Of a DNA stretch of 64,000 nt, positions 54,063 through 62,427 are shown piece after piece; within the stretch, counting starts at the first letter, position 1; every line of letters starts with the position of its first letter. Position numbers and translations under genes: made by a program. The notes below the pieces were generated by a model, which saw only the letters and a program-made list of their open reading frames with translations, was not told the DNA's origin and made no database searches. Source of the DNA: a virus; the IMG/VR virus record IMGVR_UViG_3300009159_000056, positions 1 through 64,000 of that record. The stretch is one strand, 5' to 3'.

Positions 54063-54087
54063 TATAAATATCTTTTTACTATTTATG
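54063..54087. promoter_or_regulatory. Divergent late promoter pair (TATAAATA on +, CATAAATA on -)
   Basis: tataaata at 54063-54070 and tatttatg at 54080-54087, in the 46-nt gap between gp48 and gp4. Confidence 0.75.
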
Positions 54088-54098
54088 ATTGGTGTAGG

Positions 54099-54557
54099 AT
54101 GGCATACAAAACATATCATGGTTATTTCAAACCAAAACATCCAGAAAAATACAAAGGCGACGCCAACAATATTATTTATCGTTCACGTTGGGAAAGTTTA
54201 GTTATGAGTAAGCTAGATGAGCATCCGGATGTTATTTGGTGGCAAAGCGAAGAAACTATTATCCCGTATAGATCTCCCGTAGATGGTAGGGTACATAGAT
54301 ATTTCCCTGATTTTCTTGTCAGGATGAAAGATGCTAATGGTAAATTTAAAACGATATTAATTGAAGTTAAACCATACGCTCAAACACAGCCGCCAATCAT
54401 CAAAGAAGGTGCATCTAAACGAACCAAAAAATACATAACGGAAGTGTGTACGTATGGTATAAATAGTGCTAAGTGGAATGCAGCTCGAGAATACTGCAAA
54501 GATAGGCAGTATGAGTTTATGATCATGACCGAAAGAGAATTAGGAATCAAATTTTAA
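54099..54557 (+). CDS. gp4: Head completion nuclease
   Basis: FKPKHPEKYKGD..IIYRSRWE, WQSEE..IPY.SPVDG..HRYFPDF, IEVKP, NSAKW.AA. Confidence 0.95.
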   Translation: MAYKTYHGYFKPKHPEKYKGDANNIIYRSRWESLVMSKLDEHPDVIWWQSEETIIPYRSPVDGRVHRYFPDFLVRMKDANGKFKTILIEVKPYAQTQPPIIKEGASKRTKKYITEVCTYGINSAKWNAAREYCKDRQYEFMIMTERELGIKF

Positions 54558-55165
54558 TGGCAGCTTACATATTTCAATCGTTAGCTAAGAAGGGTAAAGC
54601 CGAAGGCGTTACTCCTAACACGACAGCTGCAGCCAGAGCTTGGTACAGAAACGAAGCTTCCAAATTAGTTTCCAGAAACGTAAACAAGAACCGTATGATG
54701 AACGATAAACAGAACATCGTTAATCAAATTACAGGTAATGATGTCGGTAAGATGTTTATGTTCTTCTATGATCCTAAGCATAAGGCGACGCTACCATACT
54801 ACGATATCTTCCCAATGATATTTCCTATTGGGTTTCAAGAAGGCGGCTTCCTTGGTATCAATCTCCATTATCTTCCTCACTATCTAAGAGCTAGATTAAT
54901 GGATGCTCTATACACTACAGCTAACAACAATAAATATGATGAAACGACAAAATTAAAACTATCATATGATATGCTTAATGGTGCTGCTCAGTTTGGACCA
55001 TTTTCCGCTTGCCTCAAGAAGTATCTTTGGGATCATGTGCAGGGTAAATTCCTATACGTAGAGCCAACAAACTGGGACACAGCGTTGATGATGCCACTTG
55101 AAAGATTCCAGAAAGCGCCAAACTACAAAGTGTTCGGCGATTCAATAGCAAAAATTAGAGGTTAG
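54557..55165 (+). CDS. gp2: DNA end protector protein
   Basis: MFFYDPKHKATLPYYDIFP, GFLGINLHYLP, CLKKYL..HV. Confidence 0.93.
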   Translation: MAAYIFQSLAKKGKAEGVTPNTTAAARAWYRNEASKLVSRNVNKNRMMNDKQNIVNQITGNDVGKMFMFFYDPKHKATLPYYDIFPMIFPIGFQEGGFLGINLHYLPHYLRARLMDALYTTANNNKYDETTKLKLSYDMLNGAAQFGPFSACLKKYLWDHVQGKFLYVEPTNWDTALMMPLERFQKAPNYKVFGDSIAKIRG

Positions 55166-55168
55166 TAA

Positions 55169-55885
55169 ATGCCTGGATTTAACATCAACGCTTTCCAAAC
55201 AGATATATCGAATCATGGTTATCTGCAAACTAATAAATTTATAGCTGCATTTAGTTCTCCCACATGCATGCAAGGTGAGACTATTGATGGTAGAAGCGCT
55301 ATTGATACAGAAAGATTAATTCAAGTTAGAGCTGAATCAGTTAAGATTCCAGGAATCGCATTGTTACAAGCTGATATTAATAGATATGGTCAGGGTCCTA
55401 CCCAAAAAATGCCATTCAATGCTCGTTTCACAGAAAATGCTATTACGTTTATTTCTGATCGAAACGGTCAGCTCTACAAATATTTCTATGTATGGCTGAA
55501 TAAGATATTCGATACTTCTGGTACTACAGGACAATCAAACCAAGGTGCATCATACGCAACAGAGTATAAAGACAACTACGCAACAGATTTGCATGTGTAC
55601 ATTTATGATAACGCTGGTAATCAGGTTAAAGAAATCGTTATGTACAAAGCTTACCCTGAATCTATGAACGATATTAACCTTAGCTGGAACGATAACAGTC
55701 AGCTGTTGAAGGTAACAGTAAGTTTTACCTTTAGAGATTGGGCGATGATTGGTGTTTCGAATGCTAGAATCGGTACAGACACACAACCAGCTAGAACTAA
55801 CAAAGTTACTACATTTGCTGGTCGTCAGGGCGGAGCAGTTACTCCTTCTTTAACATCATTAAACTCAAGAGTGAGACAACCTTAA
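55169..55885 (+). CDS. gp54: Baseplate tail-tube initiator (gp54-like, tube-fold)
   Basis: AESVKIPG, YKDNYA, KAYPESMNDINLSW, KVTVSFTFRDW; between gp2 and gp26. Confidence 0.7.
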   Translation: MPGFNINAFQTDISNHGYLQTNKFIAAFSSPTCMQGETIDGRSAIDTERLIQVRAESVKIPGIALLQADINRYGQGPTQKMPFNARFTENAITFISDRNGQLYKYFYVWLNKIFDTSGTTGQSNQGASYATEYKDNYATDLHVYIYDNAGNQVKEIVMYKAYPESMNDINLSWNDNSQLLKVTVSFTFRDWAMIGVSNARIGTDTQPARTNKVTTFAGRQGGAVTPSLTSLNSRVRQP

Positions 55886-55903
55886 TTATAACTGGAGAAT
55901 ATT

Positions 55904-56611
55904 ATGTCTTTACCTAAAATTGAACATCCTATTTTTAAAATCAAAGTTCCATCTACTAAGAAAGAAATTAGATTTCGACCATTCCTCGTTAAGGAAGAGA
56001 AGATCCTTCTTATTGCTAAGACGAGCGAACAAGAAAACGATATTCTTTTAGCGATTAAGCAGGTCGTCAATAATTGCGCAATAGATGATATTGACGTTGA
56101 TAAGCTAGCCCTGTTTGATGTTGAATATTTGTTCTTGAAGATCAGAGCACAATCAATCAACAATATAATTAATGTTACATACAGAGATAACGAAGACGGA
56201 ACCGATTATGATTTTGATATTGATCTAAATGATGTTATTGTTAAATTTCCATTAGAACAAGAGAAAACTATAAAGTTGTCAGGAAAAGCTGGCTTGATAA
56301 TGAAGTATCCTGAAGCTAGTTTGTATGAAGACAAAGAGTTTTTAAATTCTGGTGAAGAAGTGTTCTACCAATTGGTATTACGCTGCATCGAAAAGTTCTA
56401 TGATGAAGAAACAGTTTACGATGTGAAAAACTATACGTTGCAAGAAGTATCAGAATTCGTTGATAATTTAGATGTGAAGAGTTTTGATAAGGTACGAGAC
56501 TTCATTGTCAATCAACCAAAACTAAACTACATTATCGAATACACCAACAAGATGAAAAACAAGAGAAAGATCGAGCTTACTACGTTAACAGATTTTTTTA
56601 CATTGCGCTGA
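55904..56611 (+). CDS. gp26: Baseplate hub assembly chaperone
   Basis: MSLPKIEHP, FRPFLVKEEKILL, FDVEYLFLKIRAQS, MKYP, ends LTDFF. Confidence 0.9.
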   Translation: MSLPKIEHPIFKIKVPSTKKEIRFRPFLVKEEKILLIAKTSEQENDILLAIKQVVNNCAIDDIDVDKLALFDVEYLFLKIRAQSINNIINVTYRDNEDGTDYDFDIDLNDVIVKFPLEQEKTIKLSGKAGLIMKYPEASLYEDKEFLNSGEEVFYQLVLRCIEKFYDEETVYDVKNYTLQEVSEFVDNLDVKSFDKVRDFIVNQPKLNYIIEYTNKMKNKRKIELTTLTDFFTLR

Positions 56612-56784
56612 GTCACAATACTCTAGAGAATTATTATACAACTAATTTTTCTTTGATTCAGCACCATAAATATTCTATAAGTGATATTGAAAATCTTTTG
56701 CCATTCGAGCGTGACATTTATGTTGAAATGTTAATGAATCATCTCAAAGAACTAGAAGAACAAAAGAGAAATCAAAATGGCTAA
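56599..56784 (+). CDS. gp51: gp51-like hub assembly catalyst in the -1 frame, with no canonical start
   Basis: Manual translation YIALSHNTLENYYTTNFSLIQHHKYSISDIENLLPFERDIYVEMLMNHLKELEEQKRNQNG*, the gp51 pattern of T4-like phages. Not in the ORF track. Confidence 0.85.
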   Translation, partial: YIALSHNTLENYYTTNFSLIQHHKYSISDIENLLPFERDIYVEMLMNHLKELEEQKRNQNG

Positions 56785-57247
56785 ATTCGGCAAATCGATA
56801 ATGAGCGATGATATGGTGGAGATTTCGGTTTCTCCACCATTTAACTCACAACCTCAACCAACACCAGTAGCAGCTGCCCCTACAACAGCTGTTCCTCCGC
56901 CACCGCCTCCTCCTCCACCACAACAAACAGCAAGTTATAGTAGTTCTTCCTCTGTAGAATTTACTCCTATGAGTCCGGAGAAGGCAGAAGAAAGCTGGGT
57001 TAAATCTATGTGGAGACCAGCAATGGGTTGGCTCTACATGCTTATCTGTTTGATGGATTTCGTTATCTTTCCTGCAATCGCGATGTTCTTACCAGTTATG
57101 CTTAAAGGTATTGGTATCACGATGCAATATGCAGCTTGGCAAAGCTTAACATTATCTAATGGTGGATTAATTCACATGGCGTTTGGTGCCATCCTTGGTG
57201 TTGCTGCTTACGGTAGAACCCAAGAGAAAGTAGCGAGCAAACAATAA
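56777..57247 (+). CDS. Membrane protein, GTA-type 3TM holin-like, with Pro-rich N-terminus
   Basis: WRPAMGWLY followed by two hydrophobic helices and ILGVAAYGRTQEK. Confidence 0.6.
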   Translation: MAKFGKSIMSDDMVEISVSPPFNSQPQPTPVAAAPTTAVPPPPPPPPPQQTASYSSSSSVEFTPMSPEKAEESWVKSMWRPAMGWLYMLICLMDFVIFPAIAMFLPVMLKGIGITMQYAAWQSLTLSNGGLIHMAFGAILGVAAYGRTQEKVASKQ

Positions 57248-60066
57248 TGGCTAAAAAAGGCGAACGTGTTGGTGCTATGGGGGATACTGTATATTACAGA
57301 ACCCCCGACGGTCAAATAATTGACGATGCAGGTAATGTCCTTAAAGGACCAATGGCCAAGATGCTTGCCGATGAATACGAATCAAAACAACAAGAGAAAG
57401 CTAAAGCACAAGCGGAAGCTAAAGCTGCAGCTGAAGAAGATAAAAGAAAGAAAGCTGCTGAGAAATCAGCTGAGATAGCACGTAAGTCCGCAGAAAGACA
57501 AGCGGCTTCTGATGCGAAACGACAGCAAGCTGATGAAGAAAGAGCACAGAAGGCTGCTGAGAGAGAAGCTACACAAAAAACACAACAGCCAAAACAACCT
57601 GCTGCAGCACCAAGACAACCTTCTGCTCCTAGACAAGCAGCGCCAAAACAACCTGCAGCTGCTGCTCCGGAGCCTACTGATGGTCAAACAATTAAAAATG
57701 CATTTAAAAATGCAGCTATTTCTGTAGGTAAATCTGCATTTAAATCTGCATTTCCAACATTATCAGGCGCTATTAATCGACCAGATCCAGTTCAAGGCAA
57801 CAGTAGTGCAGAAGACATTAATGCAGGTGGCGCTAGACAAGCAATCAACAGAGTTGCTGATAGTGTAAACACAACTAATATGATGATGCAAACTTCTATC
57901 GCACGTCAGGAAATGACTAATCAAATTCTTCAAGAGATATTGAAAGAAGTTCAGGTAATACGTCAATCTACCGCTAGTAGTGGTATTCTAGATGCTCTTA
58001 GCAATTTAATACCAGGAGTTGGTGGAGGTGGTGTTAAAGGTAAACCTGCTCCTGGTAAAGTAACACCGAAAACTAGCATGCTTGGTAAAGCTGGTAATGT
58101 TATGCGTGGCGTTGCTGGTCGTGCAGGAGGAGCATTACTTGGTGGTGCATTCCAAGCATATGATGAGTATCAAGAATCTGGCGATGCTACACGAGCAGCT
58201 TCCGCTGGCGCTGGTGGAGCCGTAGGTGGTGGATTGGGAGCATGGGGAGGAGCTGCAGCGGGTGGTGCTATCGGCGCTCTTGGTGGTCCTCTAGCGCCTG
58301 TTACTGTACCTCTTGGTATGTTAATTGGTGGTATTGCTGGTGGTATAGGTGGCAGTATGCTTGGTGGTAAAGCTGGTAAGGCTACATATGATGCTGTAAC
58401 TAAACCATCAGTACCTCCACCTCCAGCTGTAGGAGAACCAAAGGCTAGTATTTCTATTAAAGAAGCTCAAAATGCAGCAAAGCAAGAACCAGAACCAGAA
58501 GAAGAAAATCCATTAGATGCTATTGTTAATGTAAAAACATTAACATTTAATGCGGATAGTATTATTTTTAATGCTAAAAATCAACAAGCTGCTTCGCCTA
58601 CAGCTGCACCAACATCGACGGCTACACCAGAAGTTAAAGCAGCTGGGGCAATTATAGCAGCTGGTTCTGGTAGCAGACCATCGCCTAGTTCGCAAGGAAT
58701 TTCTGGTCCTACTCAGTCAGGATCTATTAGAGAAGCGTTAGCATCAGCACAAACACCAAGCCTATCTGGCTTCGGTACAAGTCAAATTAATGCTGCTCGA
58801 GCCAATGCTGCAACATCGCCGTTTAGTGTTACTCCAGGAGCTATGAGTGCTGGCCCTCAATCTGCATCGTTAGGTGGCGCTGGAGGCGCTGGTGTTGGTG
58901 GTGCATCTGATGCATCAGCTGTTCAATTAGCTTCTACGATGGTTGGTAAAAATAGAGTACAATCATTAGATTATTTAAAAGCTGGTGGATTCAATAACAC
59001 AGGAGAAGCATGGTGTGCTGAGTTTGTTAATTCTACATTGAAACAAACTGGTGGTACCGGTACTGGTGATAAAATTGCAAATAGTTTTCAAAAGTGGGGA
59101 ACTTCTATAGATCCTACAAAGGTTCAAGCTGGTGATGTTGTCCTTCAAACAAAAGGTAATGGACCTGGTCAAGTTGGTGGACATGTCGGTATAGCAACTG
59201 GTGTGTATCAGCATGGACAAATTGAAATGATTGCTGGTAACAGTGGTAAAGCTGGATCTGTTCGAAAATATTTCGTGCCTATTAATGGACAATTGCAGGT
59301 GCGAAGAGGTTCTGGTGGTTCTGGTAATAATCCAAAGGTAGCAGATGCAACAAAAAATCCTTCTGCAGGAAATGCTGCTGGCGCTGCTACAGCAGGAGCT
59401 TCTGATCCTAAGAAAGCAGAAGCTGCAGCAACTCCTGGTGCAAAACAAACAGCAGCTGCTGGTGGATGGAGCGACGCTGCTAAAACATCTGCAGAAAAAA
59501 CACCATCTGCTGCTGGTGATCCTACTTCAAGAAGATTTGACGCAGAAGGTAATAAACTCGATCCCGCTCCTGGTGGAGGAATAAAAAGATTCGATCCAAC
59601 AACAGGTAAATTTGAAGAGCCTTCTAAACCAGATAACAGCGATCCTTATCTTAGAAAAATAAAGCCGAAGGGTATGGCGGAAGGTTTAACAGACGCTGCA
59701 ATTAAAAGAGCTAAAGAATCAGCAGCACAAGCAGCTGAAATTGTTGGCCCTAAAACATTTAATGTAGGAACTGGTAGATGGGAAGCTTATGAATTAGCTA
59801 AACAGCCAAGCTATGAACCTGCAAAAATATCTGAACCAAAACCAATCACAAAAGGTGCAGAGTTAAATAGGGCTTCTACTCAAGATATAGTCGACGATAG
59901 ATCAGCTAAGACAGGCATCACTGTCAATCAACAAAGTAGCGCTACGCCTCCAATTAATAACAGTAGTAAAGGAAATAGCGACAGTACTAGCGTTGGAATG
60001 GTAGAACCTGTTGATGCTAGAACAAGATTAAAAGATTTGTTTGGTATCAGCACTATGGCTGCATAA
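57247..60066 (+). CDS. Tape-measure/baseplate hub protein (gp29-like) with CHAP/NlpC-type peptidoglycan hydrolase domain
   Basis: Coiled-coil, glycine-zipper segment GGAAAGGAIG...IGGIAGGIGG, and AWCAEFVN...GDVV...GHVGIA...IAGN; follows gp26/gp51. Confidence 0.75.
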   Translation: MAKKGERVGAMGDTVYYRTPDGQIIDDAGNVLKGPMAKMLADEYESKQQEKAKAQAEAKAAAEEDKRKKAAEKSAEIARKSAERQAASDAKRQQADEERAQKAAEREATQKTQQPKQPAAAPRQPSAPRQAAPKQPAAAAPEPTDGQTIKNAFKNAAISVGKSAFKSAFPTLSGAINRPDPVQGNSSAEDINAGGARQAINRVADSVNTTNMMMQTSIARQEMTNQILQEILKEVQVIRQSTASSGILDALSNLIPGVGGGGVKGKPAPGKVTPKTSMLGKAGNVMRGVAGRAGGALLGGAFQAYDEYQESGDATRAASAGAGGAVGGGLGAWGGAAAGGAIGALGGPLAPVTVPLGMLIGGIAGGIGGSMLGGKAGKATYDAVTKPSVPPPPAVGEPKASISIKEAQNAAKQEPEPEEENPLDAIVNVKTLTFNADSIIFNAKNQQAASPTAAPTSTATPEVKAAGAIIAAGSGSRPSPSSQGISGPTQSGSIREALASAQTPSLSGFGTSQINAARANAATSPFSVTPGAMSAGPQSASLGGAGGAGVGGASDASAVQLASTMVGKNRVQSLDYLKAGGFNNTGEAWCAEFVNSTLKQTGGTGTGDKIANSFQKWGTSIDPTKVQAGDVVLQTKGNGPGQVGGHVGIATGVYQHGQIEMIAGNSGKAGSVRKYFVPINGQLQVRRGSGGSGNNPKVADATKNPSAGNAAGAATAGASDPKKAEAAATPGAKQTAAAGGWSDAAKTSAEKTPSAAGDPTSRRFDAEGNKLDPAPGGGIKRFDPTTGKFEEPSKPDNSDPYLRKIKPKGMAEGLTDAAIKRAKESAAQAAEIVGPKTFNVGTGRWEAYELAKQPSYEPAKISEPKPITKGAELNRASTQDIVDDRSAKTGITVNQQSSATPPINNSSKGNSDSTSVGMVEPVDARTRLKDLFGISTMAA

Positions 60067-60068
60067 TG

Positions 60069-60091
60069 AAAAGGGGAGCCGAAGCTCCCCT
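60069..60091 (-). terminator. Rho-independent terminator after gp32 (UUCG tetraloop); possibly bidirectional
   Basis: Minus strand reads AGGGGAGC-TTCG-GCTCCCCT-TTT, between convergent tape-measure and gp32 genes. Confidence 0.9.
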
Positions 60092-60095
60092 AATC

Positions 60096-60998
60096 TTATT
60101 CAGCAAGCTTCTTGAAGAATTCCAACGACTCATCGTCATCGTCTTCAGCAATATGCTTAGGTGCTTCCATCGCCTTCTGCTTGAAAACAGGCGTTTCCTC
60201 CCAAGGAATGTTTTCTGCAGTAGAGGCGCTCGAGCGAGCAGCTGCTGCTGACCCAGTAGCAAGAACCTTAACCAACTTACCCTTCAAGTCATCGTAAGAC
60301 TTATAGTTAGAAGGAGCAATAAACTCCTGAAGAGAATGAGCCTTCTTCCAAATTGCTTCCATCTCAGAGTCATCATCAAGCATAGGACCAGGCTTCGCGA
60401 ACTCTGACTTATCATAATTGCGATAGCCTTCGACATTACGAATCTTAAGCTTGAAGTTAGCACCAGCCCAAAGATCGAATGGGTTCATAGCGTCTTCATC
60501 AACAAACTGAGGATTCATAGCCTCGTTGAGCTTATCGAAGATCTTCTTGCCATACTTGAACAAGAACACCTTGCCTTCGTTCTCAGGATTCTGCTGGTCG
60601 GTGACCACAAGAACATTAGAGATGAATGAAAGCTTACGCTTACGCTCAGAAGCGATCTTCTTATCTGACTCGATACCACTGTTCCAAAGTTCAGTGTTCT
60701 GCTCGCAAACAGGGCACTTATGACCAATGGTTGTGGGGCAGTTCTCAATCAACCAAGAGCCAGTCGGACCCTTGAAACCGTGATTGAATGAACGGATGAA
60801 CGGAACATCTTCATCACCAGGAGCAGGAAGGAAACGGATAACAGCGTAACCATTACCAGCCTTGTCGACATTAGGATACCAAAGACGGTCGTCCTTAGAA
60901 TTGTCGAACTGATTGCCTGTGAGTTTCGAAAGTTCAGCGGTAAGCGATTCGAGGGACTTCTTACCTGAGTTAGCCTTAAGCTTTGCAAAATCTACCAT
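60096..60998 (-). CDS. gp32: Single-stranded DNA-binding protein (start reassigned to MVDFAKLK)
   Basis: DDRLWYP.VDKAGNGYAVIRFLP, IENCPTTIG..CPVCE, FKYGKKIFDK, acidic tail; GGAG SD before ATG 60998. Confidence 0.97.
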   Translation of the reverse strand: MVDFAKLKANSGKKSLESLTAELSKLTGNQFDNSKDDRLWYPNVDKAGNGYAVIRFLPAPGDEDVPFIRSFNHGFKGPTGSWLIENCPTTIGHKCPVCEQNTELWNSGIESDKKIASERKRKLSFISNVLVVTDQQNPENEGKVFLFKYGKKIFDKLNEAMNPQFVDEDAMNPFDLWAGANFKLKIRNVEGYRNYDKSEFAKPGPMLDDDSEMEAIWKKAHSLQEFIAPSNYKSYDDLKGKLVKVLATGSAAAARSSASTAENIPWEETPVFKQKAMEAPKHIAEDDDDESLEFFKKLAE

Positions 60999-61084
60999 TT
61001 GTATTCTCCATATTTGATGTATTGTTAATATTGATCGTATGTTTTGTTGGACTGTATAAGCGCCCAACATTATTTATTATAGCC

Positions 61085-61666
61085 CTATTGACCGAATTTG
61101 TCAAGAACAATCTTCTTCGCCTTCTCTTTATCGTACTCAAGAAATGGACGATACTTCATAATTTTGTTCAGGATTTCTTCGACAGTAGGGTCGTACACGA
61201 ACTTCTTCGACCAGTAAGATGCACACCTAACTAGATCGACGAGGATCACCAATGTTTCGAGGCTGATTTCTTTTCGAATGAACAGCTTCAATACATATGG
61301 ATGGGTTTGGTTTTCAGCTTTGAAGTTAGAATCGAAATTCTCATTCAGCTTAGACAATTCTTCTTTGAACATATACATCAGCGACTGTTGACGCTTGTTC
61401 CAATCCTTATATACCTCCTCTGCAGAAAGAGAAAAGGCAATTTCTTTTATCCAAATTTTCGGGTTTTCGACGAGATTAGATAAAATATAGTTTCGTGGGT
61501 CGGGGTGTTTTGCGACCTTCATAAAGTATAGCTTATCTTTTCTGACATCGAATGAGTCGAACGATAGGCGACTTTTGCCATTGTATTTGTGATAATTGTA
61601 TGATGGTTTGGTGAAGTGGTTCTTAAGAGCCACATACTCTTTGTAGCATTCGAAGGCTGACATCAT
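61085..61666 (-). CDS. gp59: Helicase loader
   Basis: YVALKNHFT...YNYHKYNGK, RKDKLYF.K, ISLETLVIL, KYRPFL. Confidence 0.93.
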   Translation of the reverse strand: MMSAFECYKEYVALKNHFTKPSYNYHKYNGKSRLSFDSFDVRKDKLYFMKVAKHPDPRNYILSNLVENPKIWIKEIAFSLSAEEVYKDWNKRQQSLMYMFKEELSKLNENFDSNFKAENQTHPYVLKLFIRKEISLETLVILVDLVRCASYWSKKFVYDPTVEEILNKIMKYRPFLEYDKEKAKKIVLDKFGQ

Positions 61667-61944
61667 ACACTTACTTTGTTGTAGTACTCTGCGAAGAAAT
61701 TACCAAGCTCTTTATCCATCAAATGACCAGCACCGTTTTCAGAAACGTAAGTTAGATACAGCTGCCAAATTTTCTTATCAAGAGCTTCGAAGGTTTCGAA
61801 CTTTGATTCGTTCTTACCTTCCATAACAGTATACCCCTTTTCTTCGAGATAATCTACTAAATCTTGTTCGTCAAAATCATCGAGGTCAAAATCTACATCC
61901 ACCTCTACGCACGCTGTTCTTCTTGTGCTACGATAGCCCATCAC
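61663..61944 (-). CDS. Hypothetical protein
   Basis: 93 aa, acidic VEVDVDFDLDDFDEQDL; overlaps both neighbours by 4 nt. Confidence 0.65.
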   Translation of the reverse strand: MMGYRSTRRTACVEVDVDFDLDDFDEQDLVDYLEEKGYTVMEGKNESKFETFEALDKKIWQLYLTYVSENGAGHLMDKELGNFFAEYYNKVSV

Positions 61945-62393
61945 TTCTTCCTTTCATGATTTAGATAGCGAATGTATAACCCTTTCTCGCGCCCATGAGC
62001 CTCTATCTCCCATGGGAAATCCCAGTAGTCAACTACTTCAGGATCGATTATTTCAGACTTCCATTTGCTCTTATTGCTTCGCACATAGTCTCTTAACTCG
62101 CCCTTAGCATATTGCTTCACATGAACCATCTCATGCGCGAGGGCGAGAAGCATATTACGTTTACCCAAAGATGCATCTACTGTTATCGTAAATTCTTTAC
62201 CTCTGTGATTGCTGTCTTCCCATTCACAAAAAGCATATTCATTTTTCTTGGTTAACTCTTTATCAAAGAGAAGAGTTACATCAACTCTATGATAAAGAAT
62301 TTCTCCCAGAAGATGTCTACCGTAAAATTTCAACGCTTCTTTGCAGGTCTTCAGTTGGACTTTATTTGGTTTACCGATGGTCTTGAGGTACAT
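61941..62393 (-). CDS. Zn-dependent metallopeptidase (HExxH)
   Basis: LAHEMVHVKQYAKGEL and YWDFPWEIEA. Confidence 0.8.
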   Translation of the reverse strand: MYLKTIGKPNKVQLKTCKEALKFYGRHLLGEILYHRVDVTLLFDKELTKKNEYAFCEWEDSNHRGKEFTITVDASLGKRNMLLALAHEMVHVKQYAKGELRDYVRSNKSKWKSEIIDPEVVDYWDFPWEIEAHGREKGLYIRYLNHERKK

Positions 62394-62427
62394 GCTAGTC
62401 TCCTCATTTTGGTGATTCCCATAATAT

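Noticed and set aside
54099-54557. TnsA-like nuclease as a sign of a transposon
   Set aside because: It is the T4 gp4 head-completion protein in its usual context next to gp2; no transposon ends.
60999-61070. 24-aa N-terminal extension of gp32 in the ORF track
   Set aside because: The GGAG SD precedes ATG 60998 (MVDFAKLK, a typical gp32 start); the upstream stretch looks like the regulatory leader.
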